Source: Candidatus Nezhaarchaeales archaeon (lineage in GTDB: Archaea; Thermoproteota; Methanomethylicia; Nezhaarchaeales; WYZ-LMO8). Taken from it: DNA of 64,000 bases. Shown one piece after another: positions 40,706-50,873 of this stretch. The notes under the pieces are model-generated. The model had not been told where the DNA came from and did not search any database. It saw only the letters and a program-made list of their open reading frames with translations. The translations under genes and the position numbers were made by a program. The stretch covers positions 1-64,000 of the forward strand of contig JAWAKK010000002.1 of the NCBI GenBank assembly GCA_038887515.1, written 5' to 3'. How positions within the stretch are numbered: position 1 is the first letter of the stretch; every line of letters begins with the position of its first letter.

Positions 40706-41820
40706 TTGGTCTCTCCAAAGTCACCATTGGTAGAGAATCATGAGTACATGGAGGCAGACCAAATGGAGATATACCCATTCATAAACTTACTTTGTGAAAT
40801 CGTCGATCGAAACACCATAGCTATCGAGGTCCCTTACTTAGATTTAAAGCTTTTAACGCTGAGGTTCGAGTATCTGAATCCCAAGGTGAGTACGTAGTTG
40901 ACGAGAGGACCTTTAGCGAAAACTTGAAGAACAAGGGTCTATTGAGTACTGAGGCTCTCCTACCATTCGGTAATGAGAGAAAGCACATATTTATGTTGTT
41001 TAAGGACGCTCTAATAACTTCCGGAGTCATGGACATTGGGCATAGAGCCTTAATCGATGAAATCAAGAGAGAGGTAGAAGAAAGCGCATTAAGGAAGGGA
41101 TTTGCGACTGTTGCCATAGACACGAACGCTTTGTACATGAGGATCATAACTAATTACGTGTTAAGCTTCGTGGAGGCTAGCAAGCTTAAAGTATTGGTCT
41201 CGAACATCGTCGTGAGGGAAGCTTTAGCTCCCCACATTTTAAAAGAGGTATTTAAGGAGAAAGAGTGGGTCGAAGAGAGCGATAAGATCAGGTCTTTAGC
41301 ATTAAAGGTTGGGGCCGATATCCTGCGATTACCAGCTAAAGCAGAACCTCTAAGGTCAAGGCTATCAAGGCTCGCTGCAATTGAGTTAAAAGAACTCCAA
41401 GAAAGGACCAACTTAATAATTGCTAGCTCTGTAAGCGATAGAGGAGACCTAGCTTTAATTGAAGGTTATAAGCAAAGCCCCGATGACCCCATATTCATAA
41501 CCGGTGACAAGTCCGCTGCTAATATAGCCAAAACCGTGAAGTTAAGGACTTACTTAATACCTTATGACAAAGATATAAGCAAAGAGGTCCCTATAGTCAC
41601 TTACACGAACTTTCCAAAGCTCATATTCAACTCAGCAACACTATTAACTACAATCTCGATAAGAGTGCCGAAGACGCGAATAGAGATCCACATATTAGGA
41701 GCGTGGAAGGATATGATAGCCTTATGGAGTAAACCAACAATCTTAGTAAGGGCACCTAATCCAATACATGAAAAAGCAAAACAATTAATTGAGAAAACAA
41801 GACGCCTTCAATCACTGTAA
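40706..41820 (+). CDS. Large PIN-domain protein split by a -1 frameshift (40706-40897 plus 40924-41820)
   Basis: VAIDTNALY, DRGD, FITGD motifs; the two frames overlap over 40798-40897. Confidence 0.6.
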
Positions 41821-41884
41821 GGCCTCTCTAGGTAGGCTAGACAGCTAGGCGCTACAGCCGGAGCATAAGCTACGAAAGGGGCAT

Positions 41885-42235
41885 GTGCTGCAGTCCTTAC
41901 TGCAAAGAAGCCTACTCAAAGCTCACCAAACACTATTCGAGGCGAAGCAGATAAGAGGGGCAAATAGCTTGAGGTCGTCCTCCCGCCATCAAAGCTGTTC
42001 GTATGAGTATGTTGGAAGTGTAGTGGAGGAGCGAGTTACTTGTGGAAGTGATGTGAACGTACTGATAGTCGCTGAGAGCTTGCCCAAGGGCTTCAGGGTA
42101 AGGGGGCTGATAGCCAAGATAGAGGAGGCAGCTAACTTGCCACTGTACCACACATTTCAAATGCACTTAGCTACGTGGGAGGAAGTTAAAGCAAATTCAG
42201 CGTATAGAGAGGTTATTAGCAAGGGGATCCAATAA
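41885..42235 (+). pseudogene. Degenerate minimal nucleotidyltransferase
   Basis: VGSVV...SDVNVLIV (second catalytic Asp replaced), garbled N-terminus. Confidence 0.55.
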
Positions 42236-42346
42236 GGTTACGAGCTTAAGCTTAGAGGAGTAACTTCTCGGATGATGGTGTTCATGCCACTAGTGTAGAC
42301 AACCCTGAGATGATACGTGATGCCCCTCCTTGAGTACTGTTAAGCC

Positions 42347-43519
42347 TTACCCAGCAAATGAGGCTAGTAAGCGACCGGCTTCCCTCTCGCAGCTCGCAGC
42401 TTCACGTAGCTTCTCCGCAACCTTACCTCTTATCTCAACGGTGTATCCAATCTTGAGTGCCTCGATAACCTCTTCGTAGATGCTGGCTGCCTTCTCAAGC
42501 ATGCTTGCAGCCTCTAATACCTTAGGTTCTCCTAGAAACGCTAACTTAAGGAAGGCTGCGTTATCTCTTCTGGATGCTATTGCCATATGGAGCCCTACGT
42601 TAGCCATCTCCAAGCTTATTTTGCCGTCTTCGATGGCTTTCGCTAGTGCCTCGAAAGCTTGTGCGCCCACAAATACAGCGAAGGTGGCTCCTCCGAATCT
42701 CATCCCAACTTGGAGCTCTGCGCAGTCTCTAAGCGCCTCCCTAAGATCCCTTCCTATCTCGCCTTTAGGCTCATAGTATATGAGGGCGTAGCTCCAAGCT
42801 ACTGGGTAGCCCATGCCTCCAATCATCTCCATGACGGCTCTCGCTAGGACCTCAGCATCTATGGGAACGCCTCTCTCCCCGTATCTAACGCCCTCTACAT
42901 CCATAACGGGCTCATAGACGTACACTTCATCGCCGCTATATCCAACAGCTAGCACGAAGTGTGGAGAGAAGAGGCCGCCACCGTAGAGCCTTGAGGCGTT
43001 TACTGGTAGGATTACCGGTAGATCTCTATGTATCAGGTAGCGGACCGCCTTGAGGAAGAGGTCTTTATCCGCCGTCACGAGCATCCTGTACTTGAAGCCG
43101 AGGTACTCTGAGGCTCTTGCAAGCCCGGTTATGGGGTCTGAGCCAGGTATGAAGAAGAGCATCCCGCCCATCCTGCCGAAGTAGGCGCCGTACGTGAAGC
43201 ACGTTATGAAGTTGAAGTAGCCTATGGACTCTGTAACGCCGTACTTGTACGCTATCATCTGGAGGCATGTGGAGGCGCAGTAAGATCTCCTATAGCTGAT
43301 CCACGGAACATCCTTAATGAAGTGCTCAGGGGGATGCTCACCGACCTCAGCTGGGCTTATTGGCTCAGGCCTATAGCTCTCCATGATGTATTTGTGCCAG
43401 TAGCTTACCGCAAGGCTCGTTCCATCAAGCTCAGGTTGAGGTAGGTTTAGCACGTAGATTGCTGAAGCAAGTAGGGCTAGAGCAACTAATATTGAAGCTA
43501 GAGCCTGCTCCCTTCTCAT
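42347..43519 (-). CDS. Membrane-anchored papain-like protein (C39/BtrH-like)
   Basis: N-terminal TM, SYCASTCLQM (Cys), PHFVLAVGY (His), VYEP. Confidence 0.7.
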   Translation of the reverse strand: MRREQALASILVALALLASAIYVLNLPQPELDGTSLAVSYWHKYIMESYRPEPISPAEVGEHPPEHFIKDVPWISYRRSYCASTCLQMIAYKYGVTESIGYFNFITCFTYGAYFGRMGGMLFFIPGSDPITGLARASEYLGFKYRMLVTADKDLFLKAVRYLIHRDLPVILPVNASRLYGGGLFSPHFVLAVGYSGDEVYVYEPVMDVEGVRYGERGVPIDAEVLARAVMEMIGGMGYPVAWSYALIYYEPKGEIGRDLREALRDCAELQVGMRFGGATFAVFVGAQAFEALAKAIEDGKISLEMANVGLHMAIASRRDNAAFLKLAFLGEPKVLEAASMLEKAASIYEEVIEALKIGYTVEIRGKVAEKLREAASCEREAGRLLASFAG

Positions 43520-43614
43520 CTAGTCCCGCCCAACAGAGTTGCGATCCAACTTTACTACAAAAGCTTAATATTTAATGTTTGAGGTCAGATCTCCTTTAGG
43601 GAGGCGCGTTTTCC

Positions 43615-44406
43615 CTGATAGACGTAAGAGGTTTAGTTGTTAGGTATGGCTGGAGGAGGGAGCCTGTTCTTAGGGGCGTAAGCGTCGTATTTGATGGTAA
43701 GCACCTCCTCCTAGGCCCGAACGGCTCAGGTAAAACGACGCTCTTCAGGGCGCTGACAGGCTTAGTCCCAGTAGCATCTGGTGACATCTTAATTGATGGC
43801 GTAAGCATCGACAAGATATACGGGAGGCCTGGACTCGTAGCTGCGAACCTAACCGAGATCTATAATCTCCTACACCTAAGCGCTTATGATCACCTCAAAG
43901 TCTTCATGGATTTAATGGGCGGTGAGCTAGATCATGCACTCCAGGTATTGGAGGATCTGGGCTTTAGCACTGAGGTTCTAAGAAGGAGGACTTGGGAGCT
44001 CTCAGCTGGTCAGAGAAAAGCCTTTGCAACAGCCATTGCCTTAGCCTCCGGCGCCAAGCACATTCTTCTAGACGAGCCTTTTGAGCAGCTCGATCCTGCT
44101 AGGAAGAGCATAATGTTAAGGAGGGTAGCTGAGCACAGCGGTGTAGTAGTATTGAACACCCATGAGACTTGGCTCATCAATTCAATGTGGAACTGGAAGG
44201 TACACTTCATCTTTGAGGGTAGGGTTTATGGTCCACTAGAGGCCAGGGATCTGATGGATGCAAGCCTAGTGTCTGGCGATGTCGAGGATGCGCTATTAAG
44301 GTTTGAGACCTCCGGAAGGATCTTTAGTATACTACCAGGTGGAAGGGGCCAACCGTTGACGAACTTGGTAACCCTTGATAGGATCTACGAGCTAACGTTG
44401 GGGTAA
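43615..44406 (+). CDS. ABC transporter ATP-binding protein, probable CTG start
   Basis: Frame open upstream of 43906 through Walker A GPNGSGKTT to CTG-ATA-GAC (IDVRGL); LSAGQ, LLDEP. Confidence 0.8.
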   Translation: MIDVRGLVVRYGWRREPVLRGVSVVFDGKHLLLGPNGSGKTTLFRALTGLVPVASGDILIDGVSIDKIYGRPGLVAANLTEIYNLLHLSAYDHLKVFMDLMGGELDHALQVLEDLGFSTEVLRRRTWELSAGQRKAFATAIALASGAKHILLDEPFEQLDPARKSIMLRRVAEHSGVVVLNTHETWLINSMWNWKVHFIFEGRVYGPLEARDLMDASLVSGDVEDALLRFETSGRIFSILPGGRGQPLTNLVTLDRIYELTLG

Positions 44407-44412
44407 GCGGTT

Positions 44413-45240
44413 TTGACGGCTTATCTTAAATACAAGCTTAAGGAGCTGCTCACCAACGTCGAGCTTCTGGGTTGGTCGATAGGCTTCATAGAGTTCTGGG
44501 TCTTCATGTGGGTTTTCGTTTTCACGCCGGTATCCATGGTAGACGAATGGACCAAGGTTTTTCTTCAGGTGAATACTGGATTAGCGTATAGCTTCCTCGG
44601 CGTCCTGTCAATGGCGGCGGCTGGAGCAGGGCTTACGGGAAGCATTTACCGCGGCTCAATACCTACGAGGTATATAACCAAGTTCTCTAGGCTCGGACCA
44701 GCTCTCTACCTGCTAGAGGACTTCCTGGCAAGCCTAGTGGCGATCCTCGTCTATGTCTTGGTTATTTTCGTCTCGGTCATCGGCCTATCGTATGCGAGGT
44801 GGGGCGTCATCGCGTTACCGTACAGCCCTGTTGGGATCTTCGCTGGGCTCCTAATGGCAGCAGTAACCTTCTACTGGCTATCGTATGCGTTTTCCCTCCC
44901 AATAGTCGTAACTAAGAGGATTAGGGCTCTAACGATGGCGTCTTATATGCCCCTAATCTTAGGCTTCATAGCTTACTCTCAACTCTGGATAGACTTCGGC
45001 TCTGCCGTATACTTTGTTCCAGTGGTTCCGCTTATAGGTCTCCTAGCATACCATGGAGCTGGAATGTATCCTCCAACAGGTGCATACCTAGGTTGGCTAT
45101 ACAGCGATAAGCTATATCAAGCCTTAAACCTAAGGCTAGCTGCAGTCTCTTCCATCACTTGGATTGCAATTCTAATAGTGATTTCCATGCTGCTGTTGAG
45201 GAAGAGTAGAGGCGTATCCATCGAAGAGATCAAACTATAA
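44413..45240 (+). CDS. ABC transporter permease
   Basis: Multi-TM protein directly after the ATPase. Confidence 0.75.
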   Translation: MTAYLKYKLKELLTNVELLGWSIGFIEFWVFMWVFVFTPVSMVDEWTKVFLQVNTGLAYSFLGVLSMAAAGAGLTGSIYRGSIPTRYITKFSRLGPALYLLEDFLASLVAILVYVLVIFVSVIGLSYARWGVIALPYSPVGIFAGLLMAAVTFYWLSYAFSLPIVVTKRIRALTMASYMPLILGFIAYSQLWIDFGSAVYFVPVVPLIGLLAYHGAGMYPPTGAYLGWLYSDKLYQALNLRLAAVSSITWIAILIVISMLLLRKSRGVSIEEIKL

Positions 45241-45286
45241 CCTTGTACTCCTCCAAGAAAAATTAAGCAAAAAGCGTGAGTAAAGC

Positions 45287-45309
45287 TCTAAAGCCATGAG
45301 GGCTTTAGA
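45287..45309. terminator. Stem-loop, possible terminator
   Basis: TCTAAAGCC-atgag-GGCTTTAGA, 46 nt after the permease stop. Confidence 0.35.
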
Positions 45310-45549
45310 TTCTCCTCTAGAGAGCAAGCCTATGTCTATGATCTTCTCCTCGACGATCTTCCTAAACGGTATGATCAGCTGAAGTGAAAGCTGTTTAGAG
45401 GATTGGGGACGCACTATTTTCGAAGTAAGCCACTTTAAAAGAGTTATCGAGGTTGCCTTCGTGAATTGAAGGGTTATCGAGGTGCTTCAATTAGCTGGAG
45501 ACTGGGGCTTAAAGGTGGACATCACTTCTACCCAATACTTCGAGGCATC

Positions 45550-45814
45550 TCTTAGCACGACGCTTTGCTGAATCTTCTCTTCGAGCTCTCTAGGGGTCAG
45601 CGGGATTGCTTCTATGAAGGGGGTTTATGCCAGCCCTCCACTGCAACCTGTTTATCAAGTCCAGCCTCTCGGTGAACGACATTCCCTCGAAGCTCCTTGA
45701 CACGACTACTAAGTCTATGTCACTCCTCTTAATCCAAGAAAACTTAACGTAGCTCCCAAACAAGTACGCTCTCTCAACAACTATCCCATATTTCGAGAAC
45801 GGAGTTCTATGCAC
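45550..45814 (-). pseudogene. Minimal nucleotidyltransferase fragment
   Basis: YLFGSY...SDIDLVVVS; truncated and frameshifted. Confidence 0.65.
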
Positions 45815-45824
45815 TTGACGAACT

Positions 45825-46150
45825 CTACGAGAAGTTACGTGGGAGCTCGGAAGTCGAAATGGTGCTTACGTATTTCCTAGCTATATCTATTAGCTCGCTG
45901 TCATCGGTTACGAGCGTCAGCTTATCAGTCATCGCGATGTACAAGTAGGATGCATTGTAGACGGTTACGCCCTCCCTCACCGCCAAGTTGAAGACCTCCT
46001 CCTCAAGACCCCTTATGTTCTTTAACTCTAGAACGCTAAAAACCTTGGATAGGAGCTTCACCCACTTGTAGGCCGTCTCTACACGTACCCTCTTAAGTAG
46101 GAGACACTCCTTTCAGATGGCGTTAATGGTCTCGTAGGCAGCTAGGTCTC
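45825..46150 (-). pseudogene. PIN/VapC toxin fragment
   Basis: TVYNASYL...LVTDD; upstream part interrupted by a stop. Confidence 0.65.
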
Positions 46151-46618
46151 ATTCAGACAAGCGGTTAAGTACGTCAATCAGCTTAACTTCTCTTAGGAAA
46201 GCATACCTTAGCGAAGTAGCGTAAGTACCACCTTCACTAAAACTAGCATACAAGATAGCTAAGGTCTTCAATGCGAAGATAGAGGACGTATTCATCCTCA
46301 AGAAGATGATAGAGATCGTGAATAGCCGTTAAAGGTTATGTGGAAGGGTTAATCGCTTAAAAGGAAAACTCGCCTCTAGGTGAGAACTCTCCATAAATAC
46401 TACCATAGAGTAATATACGAAATTCTTCATACCATACTCTTTCACACGATGGTTGGTGGGTTTAATAGAGCGATATGTGACAGTTTCAGCTAAGGCCCCC
46501 GTGAGCTTGAATGCTTAGTCGATTACTCGCCACTTCACTTAGAGAAAGTTATGTGCTTCCTGCTTCGCGACATGATTAGCTAAAAAGTTTTATATTATGC
46601 ATTCTCTGTATTACATGT

Positions 46619-46864
46619 ATGACAGTAATTACTGTTAGAGTGGATGAGGAGACCAAGAGGCAGATGAAGTTGATTAAGATTAACTGGAGCGAGTTCATTA
46701 GGAATGCTATAAAGAGCAAGATCGAAGAAGAGAAGAGGAGGAATTTGGCTAAAGCAGTTTTAATAAATGAGGAGTTCAAGAAGAGGAGCCTTGGGGAACC
46801 TAAAGCTGAGGAGATCATAAGAGCTTTTAGGGAAGAGCGCTATGTCCATGGCTGTAGTTGTTGA
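46619..46864 (+). CDS. VapB-type antitoxin (RHH)
   Basis: VITVRVDEETK...INWSEFIR; overlaps the PIN gene. Confidence 0.85.
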   Translation: MTVITVRVDEETKRQMKLIKINWSEFIRNAIKSKIEEEKRRNLAKAVLINEEFKKRSLGEPKAEEIIRAFREERYVHGCSC

Positions 46865-47261
46865 TGCTAGCGTACTGGTCAAGTGGTTTGTGATCGAAGA
46901 GGGCTCTGAGGAGGCCCTCGAGATAAGGGACAAGTACGTTAGTGGAGAGGTGAGGCTCATAGCTCCAGAGCTCTTGATATTCGAGGTCCTAAACGCCCTA
47001 TACTACAAGAGGCTCTTCTCGCTTGAGGAGATGAGGGAGGTCGCTGAAGCTCTAGACGCATACTCCTTCGATCTATACCCTCTTAAAGGAGACTATGCGA
47101 AGAAGACTTTGGAGATAGCTTACGAGAACAACGTAACAATTTACGATGCGTCTTACTTGTCGCTAGCTCTTATTAAAGGTACCCTCATGTATACGGCTGA
47201 CGTAAAGCTTTGGGAGAAGTTGAAGGATAAGTACTCGCCCTACATTAAAGTGCTTAAATGA
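46842..47261 (+). CDS. VapC PIN-domain toxin
   Basis: VVDASVLVKW, E.LNAL, TIYDASYL, TAD. Confidence 0.9.
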   Translation: MSMAVVVDASVLVKWFVIEEGSEEALEIRDKYVSGEVRLIAPELLIFEVLNALYYKRLFSLEEMREVAEALDAYSFDLYPLKGDYAKKTLEIAYENNVTIYDASYLSLALIKGTLMYTADVKLWEKLKDKYSPYIKVLK

Positions 47262-47978
47262 AGACTACCATCCGCGCTTGAATACGCTTCACTAAATTAA
47301 ATGCTTGTGTGGGCTTCATGCTTGCCTCCTTCGAGACAAGAGTGTTGGATGTGGATAGAAGGGGTAAGGCGGTTAAGGACGTGGTCCTCGAAGCCTTAAA
47401 GTGCTTGGAGGCGAAGTTTAAGCCTGGATTCGATGAAGGCTATGAACGGGCGTTGAAGGACTTCGTTGATAAACCCCACTTCTTCTACAAGAAGGTTAAG
47501 AAGCTTGTAACTGAATAAGTAGCGCTGTTCACGCCACCATGCCCATTGTGCGGGGAGGTCATCGCCTTCACTCACAAGCCAGGCAACTGGCCGGACATAT
47601 TTAAGTCGCTAGTATTCACCTTCGGCAACTACGCTCACACTAAGTGTTCCTCAAAGGTTAAGGAGTAGTCGGGTTTCTCGCCTTAGAGGGCTATGGCATC
47701 CTTAGGCTACTTCCCGTAAGTTTTGCCCCTCATTGGAGGGGGCATGCTCGTCTAAAACTAGGAGGCCATTCAAACTCTTCCAATAGATGGAATACATAGA
47801 GTTGATAAGCATTACTCCTCGAACTTTTCGTGAATTATCATAGGTAATTGAAGGTGAAGATCATTAAGGCCGCATATGGTGGGATACCCCATTAATCTCG
47901 ACCGGCTAATCTAGTGTCCGCTTAAAAGATGATGGCTACAGCCATCTTCTTTGATGTATCGATCTTAGCGTGCTGCAG

Positions 47979-48585
47979 TTAATAGCTTCTTCTAACTTTA
48001 CTCGAAAAGTGGTACTCAATACGCCTTCCATCCTTTTCAATGAGAGCGTAACCGACTATCCTCCCACGCTCTTTTAAGATCTTGAGTTTACATCCTCTAT
48101 GTAGGAGAGCGATTCTAACGGCGTTGACCACATCAGGTATGGATGATGCAACGTGAGCAACGAATACGACGTGGATCAACGTATCAGAAGTCGAAATCCA
48201 CGCTATGAGTAGTGGAGTTGTTAAAGCGATTTGTGGTGCCAGCACTGTAACTACGTAGTTGATCCAGGTAAGCTCATCGTAAGTTACAGCAATTCCTCCA
48301 CACCTCAATAGCAGCTCGATCTTGGCCTGTCCCCAAGAGCCCTTATAGTTACGTAGTGACGAACTCGTGAAGAACGGCTACAAGTAAATAGAGAGAGCTG
48401 GCCTTCACAGCGAAGATCTCGAGACCTCCATGAAATTCAATTCCAATTGGGTCGGTGGTAGATAATAAGAGCGCGAAGGTTGCAATCAAAGCTGTGAGCG
48501 CGGTTATTTGCAGTAAGAGTTCCTTTTTCCTTACAACTTCGCTGTCTCCCTGCGCATTGCAGTTTACAACCCCCCGGAAATGCAT
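47979..48585 (-). pseudogene. Frameshifted membrane metalloprotease-like gene (HE motif, DUF3267-like)
   Basis: Two hydrophobic ORFs (48349-48585 with VLHE; 47979-48308 with LAP...SSIPD) in different frames. Confidence 0.45.
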
Positions 48586-49049
48586 AAAATTATTTTGAAT
48601 ACTCGTTCACTCGAATTTAGAGCGCTTGTTTGTTAAGTAATATTGCTGGATTATTACTCTTTGGCCTCCAAGTCTTCGTAGTAACTAATTGCTCTAGCAG
48701 TGATTAGAAGCCCATATACTGAGCGGGTGTAATATATATCGTACATAAAGTTATTTACAATACACGCTTTCGCGTCTTCGAAACTTTTACACCGCTTTCA
48801 TCCACGGCAATCATGATTCTCCGGCAGGTGATGTTTAGCACAGAAGTGCCACTACAAAGATTGCATTTAAAAGCTAAGCATGGAATTATGTCCTTACCAC
48901 AATGATCACAATTCACCACAACAATGAGTAAACTATAGTTTATATTCCTTTCCGCCTTGCTGCCAGATAATGCCTTAAAGTATGAGGCTACTAAGAAGGT
49001 AGTCGTAGTGGCTTTCGATGTTTTAACCGTTAATGGCCGTGAGTAGCCG

Positions 49050-49838
49050 CTAATATTGCCAACTGACGGTGTCCCTCGTAGTAGGTAAAGGTGCTATTAT
49101 CTTGTGCTCTCTAATTACGACGGTTGGGACGCCGTATACTTCAAATATCATCTTTGGATTGAGGACTTCATCGGGACGGCCCGCAGCGAATACCTTGCCC
49201 TTATTTAAGAGCAACACTTTGTCTGAAGCCCTATATGCTTGGGTGAGGTCGTGCAGAGCCATCACTATCGCCAGTCCCCTTGATCGTAGGGATCTTATTA
49301 AGTTCAATACTTCAACTTGATATTTTAGGTCTAAGTTGCTCGTCGGTTCATCTAGGAGTAGGACTTCTGGTTCTCCCGCCAAGGCTCTCGCGATGACTAC
49401 TCGCTGAAGCTCTCCTCCACTCAGCTCGTCTAGGCTCCTTTCGGCTAAGTCTAAGGCGTCCACCACCTTTAGGGCTTCATAGACCTTTTGTTCGTCGATT
49501 TTGGACGGGGTAAAATCTATGTAGGGCCTTCTACCGGTCATGACGAAGTCGTAGACCGACAGCATACCTGAAGTATTGATTCTCTGAGGAACGATACCTA
49601 TCCTACGTGCAATCTCCCTCCTCGGAAGCTCCCACAGACTAACGTTATCTACGTAAACCACGCCCATCAATGGCTTTAGGACCCCGTTAATCACCTTGAG
49701 GAGGGTACTCTTACCGGCGCCGTTCGGTCCTACGATGGAGAGGACCTCACCGCTACCTACGGTTAGCGAGACGCCGTCCAGCGCCTTAACACTTCGATAT
49801 CGAACCTTAACTTCCTTAACGATGATCTCTATAACCAC
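49050..49838 (-). CDS. Iron-siderophore/cobalamin-type ABC ATPase
   Basis: GPNGAGKST, LSGGELQRV, LDEPTSNLD, LHDL. Confidence 0.92.
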   Translation of the reverse strand: MVIEIIVKEVKVRYRSVKALDGVSLTVGSGEVLSIVGPNGAGKSTLLKVINGVLKPLMGVVYVDNVSLWELPRREIARRIGIVPQRINTSGMLSVYDFVMTGRRPYIDFTPSKIDEQKVYEALKVVDALDLAERSLDELSGGELQRVVIARALAGEPEVLLLDEPTSNLDLKYQVEVLNLIRSLRSRGLAIVMALHDLTQAYRASDKVLLLNKGKVFAAGRPDEVLNPKMIFEVYGVPTVVIREHKIIAPLPTTRDTVSWQY

Positions 49839-50871
49839 GCTTGTTAACCCCCAAGAGTAGGTAAACCAAGAGGGGGGCCCCGACGAGGGAGGTCATGACC
49901 CCAACGGGTATCATTGTTGGAGCTATAACATTCCTACCAATCGTGTCCGATAACGTTAAAATCGAAGAACCCATGAGCATTGAAGCGGGCATCAAGTACC
50001 TGTGCCCGCCTCCAAATAGGAACCTGGCTATGTGGGGGGCTGCTAGGCACACGAAGCCTATGACCCCTACGAAAGACGTAGCTAGAGCGGTTGCTAGAGC
50101 GGCTATAATGGTAGTTTCAAGTCTCAGCCTTTTAGGGCTTACGCCTGAAGACTTGGCTAAGTCGTCTCCACCCAATATAAGATCGAAGTCTAGGCTTTTA
50201 ATTATGAAGTAGGGCACGACGACGGCTATGGCGACTACGCCTACGATACCTAGCTCAAACCAAGATATCCTCCCCAGATCCCCAAAGGTCCAGAAAACCA
50301 CGGTTGAAACCAGTATCTCGTTGAGGTAGAAGTACTGTAGCAAGTACAATATTGCTTGGTAAACGAAGGATATGGCTATGGCCGAGAGGACGAGGGTACC
50401 TGCGCTTAGTCCAGCTTTGTAGGCGAGCAAGAGCACGACTGCGACTTGAATGAGAGAGAAGATGAAGGCGAACGCCGACACCATGAACGGATCGTATATG
50501 AGTATCTGATACCTCTGTATCGCTCCTCCGTGAAGTACTAGGAGAGCGACCGCGACTCCTAGAGAGGCTGCAAACGAAAGACCGAAAGTGAAGGGGGAAG
50601 CTAGCGGGTTCCTCATGGAGGCTTGTATTGCCGCACCGGATCCACCTAAAATGGCTCCTATTACTATTCCAGCTAAGATCCTCCTAAGCCTTAGGTCCCA
50701 GACTATTGTTGAGAGTACGCTATTATCCGGCATTACTAGGACTCGGATTATGTCGATTATTGAGGCCTTGTACCAGCCCCAGGCAATAGATATTGGAATT
50801 AAGAGTAGTACTAGGAAGGCTAGGATTATCAAGAAAAACTGTTTCCTCCTCTTAGAGGTAGCTGCCCGCAA
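49816..50871 (-). CDS. FecCD/BtuC family permease
   Basis: RLRR, RNPLASPFTFG, GVIGFVCL..PH, PVG. Confidence 0.92.
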   Translation of the reverse strand: MRAATSKRRKQFFLIILAFLVLLLIPISIAWGWYKASIIDIIRVLVMPDNSVLSTIVWDLRLRRILAGIVIGAILGGSGAAIQASMRNPLASPFTFGLSFAASLGVAVALLVLHGGAIQRYQILIYDPFMVSAFAFIFSLIQVAVVLLLAYKAGLSAGTLVLSAIAISFVYQAILYLLQYFYLNEILVSTVVFWTFGDLGRISWFELGIVGVVAIAVVVPYFIIKSLDFDLILGGDDLAKSSGVSPKRLRLETTIIAALATALATSFVGVIGFVCLAAPHIARFLFGGGHRYLMPASMLMGSSILTLSDTIGRNVIAPTMIPVGVMTSLVGAPLLVYLLLGVNKRGYRDHR

Positions 50872-50873
50872 AG

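Noticed and set aside
47925-47952. Hairpin GATGGCT-ac-AGCCATC (similar ones near 32721-32738 and 47724-47744) as further introns
   Set aside because: Intergenic, no flanking BHB bulges and no reading frame restored; more likely terminators or chance
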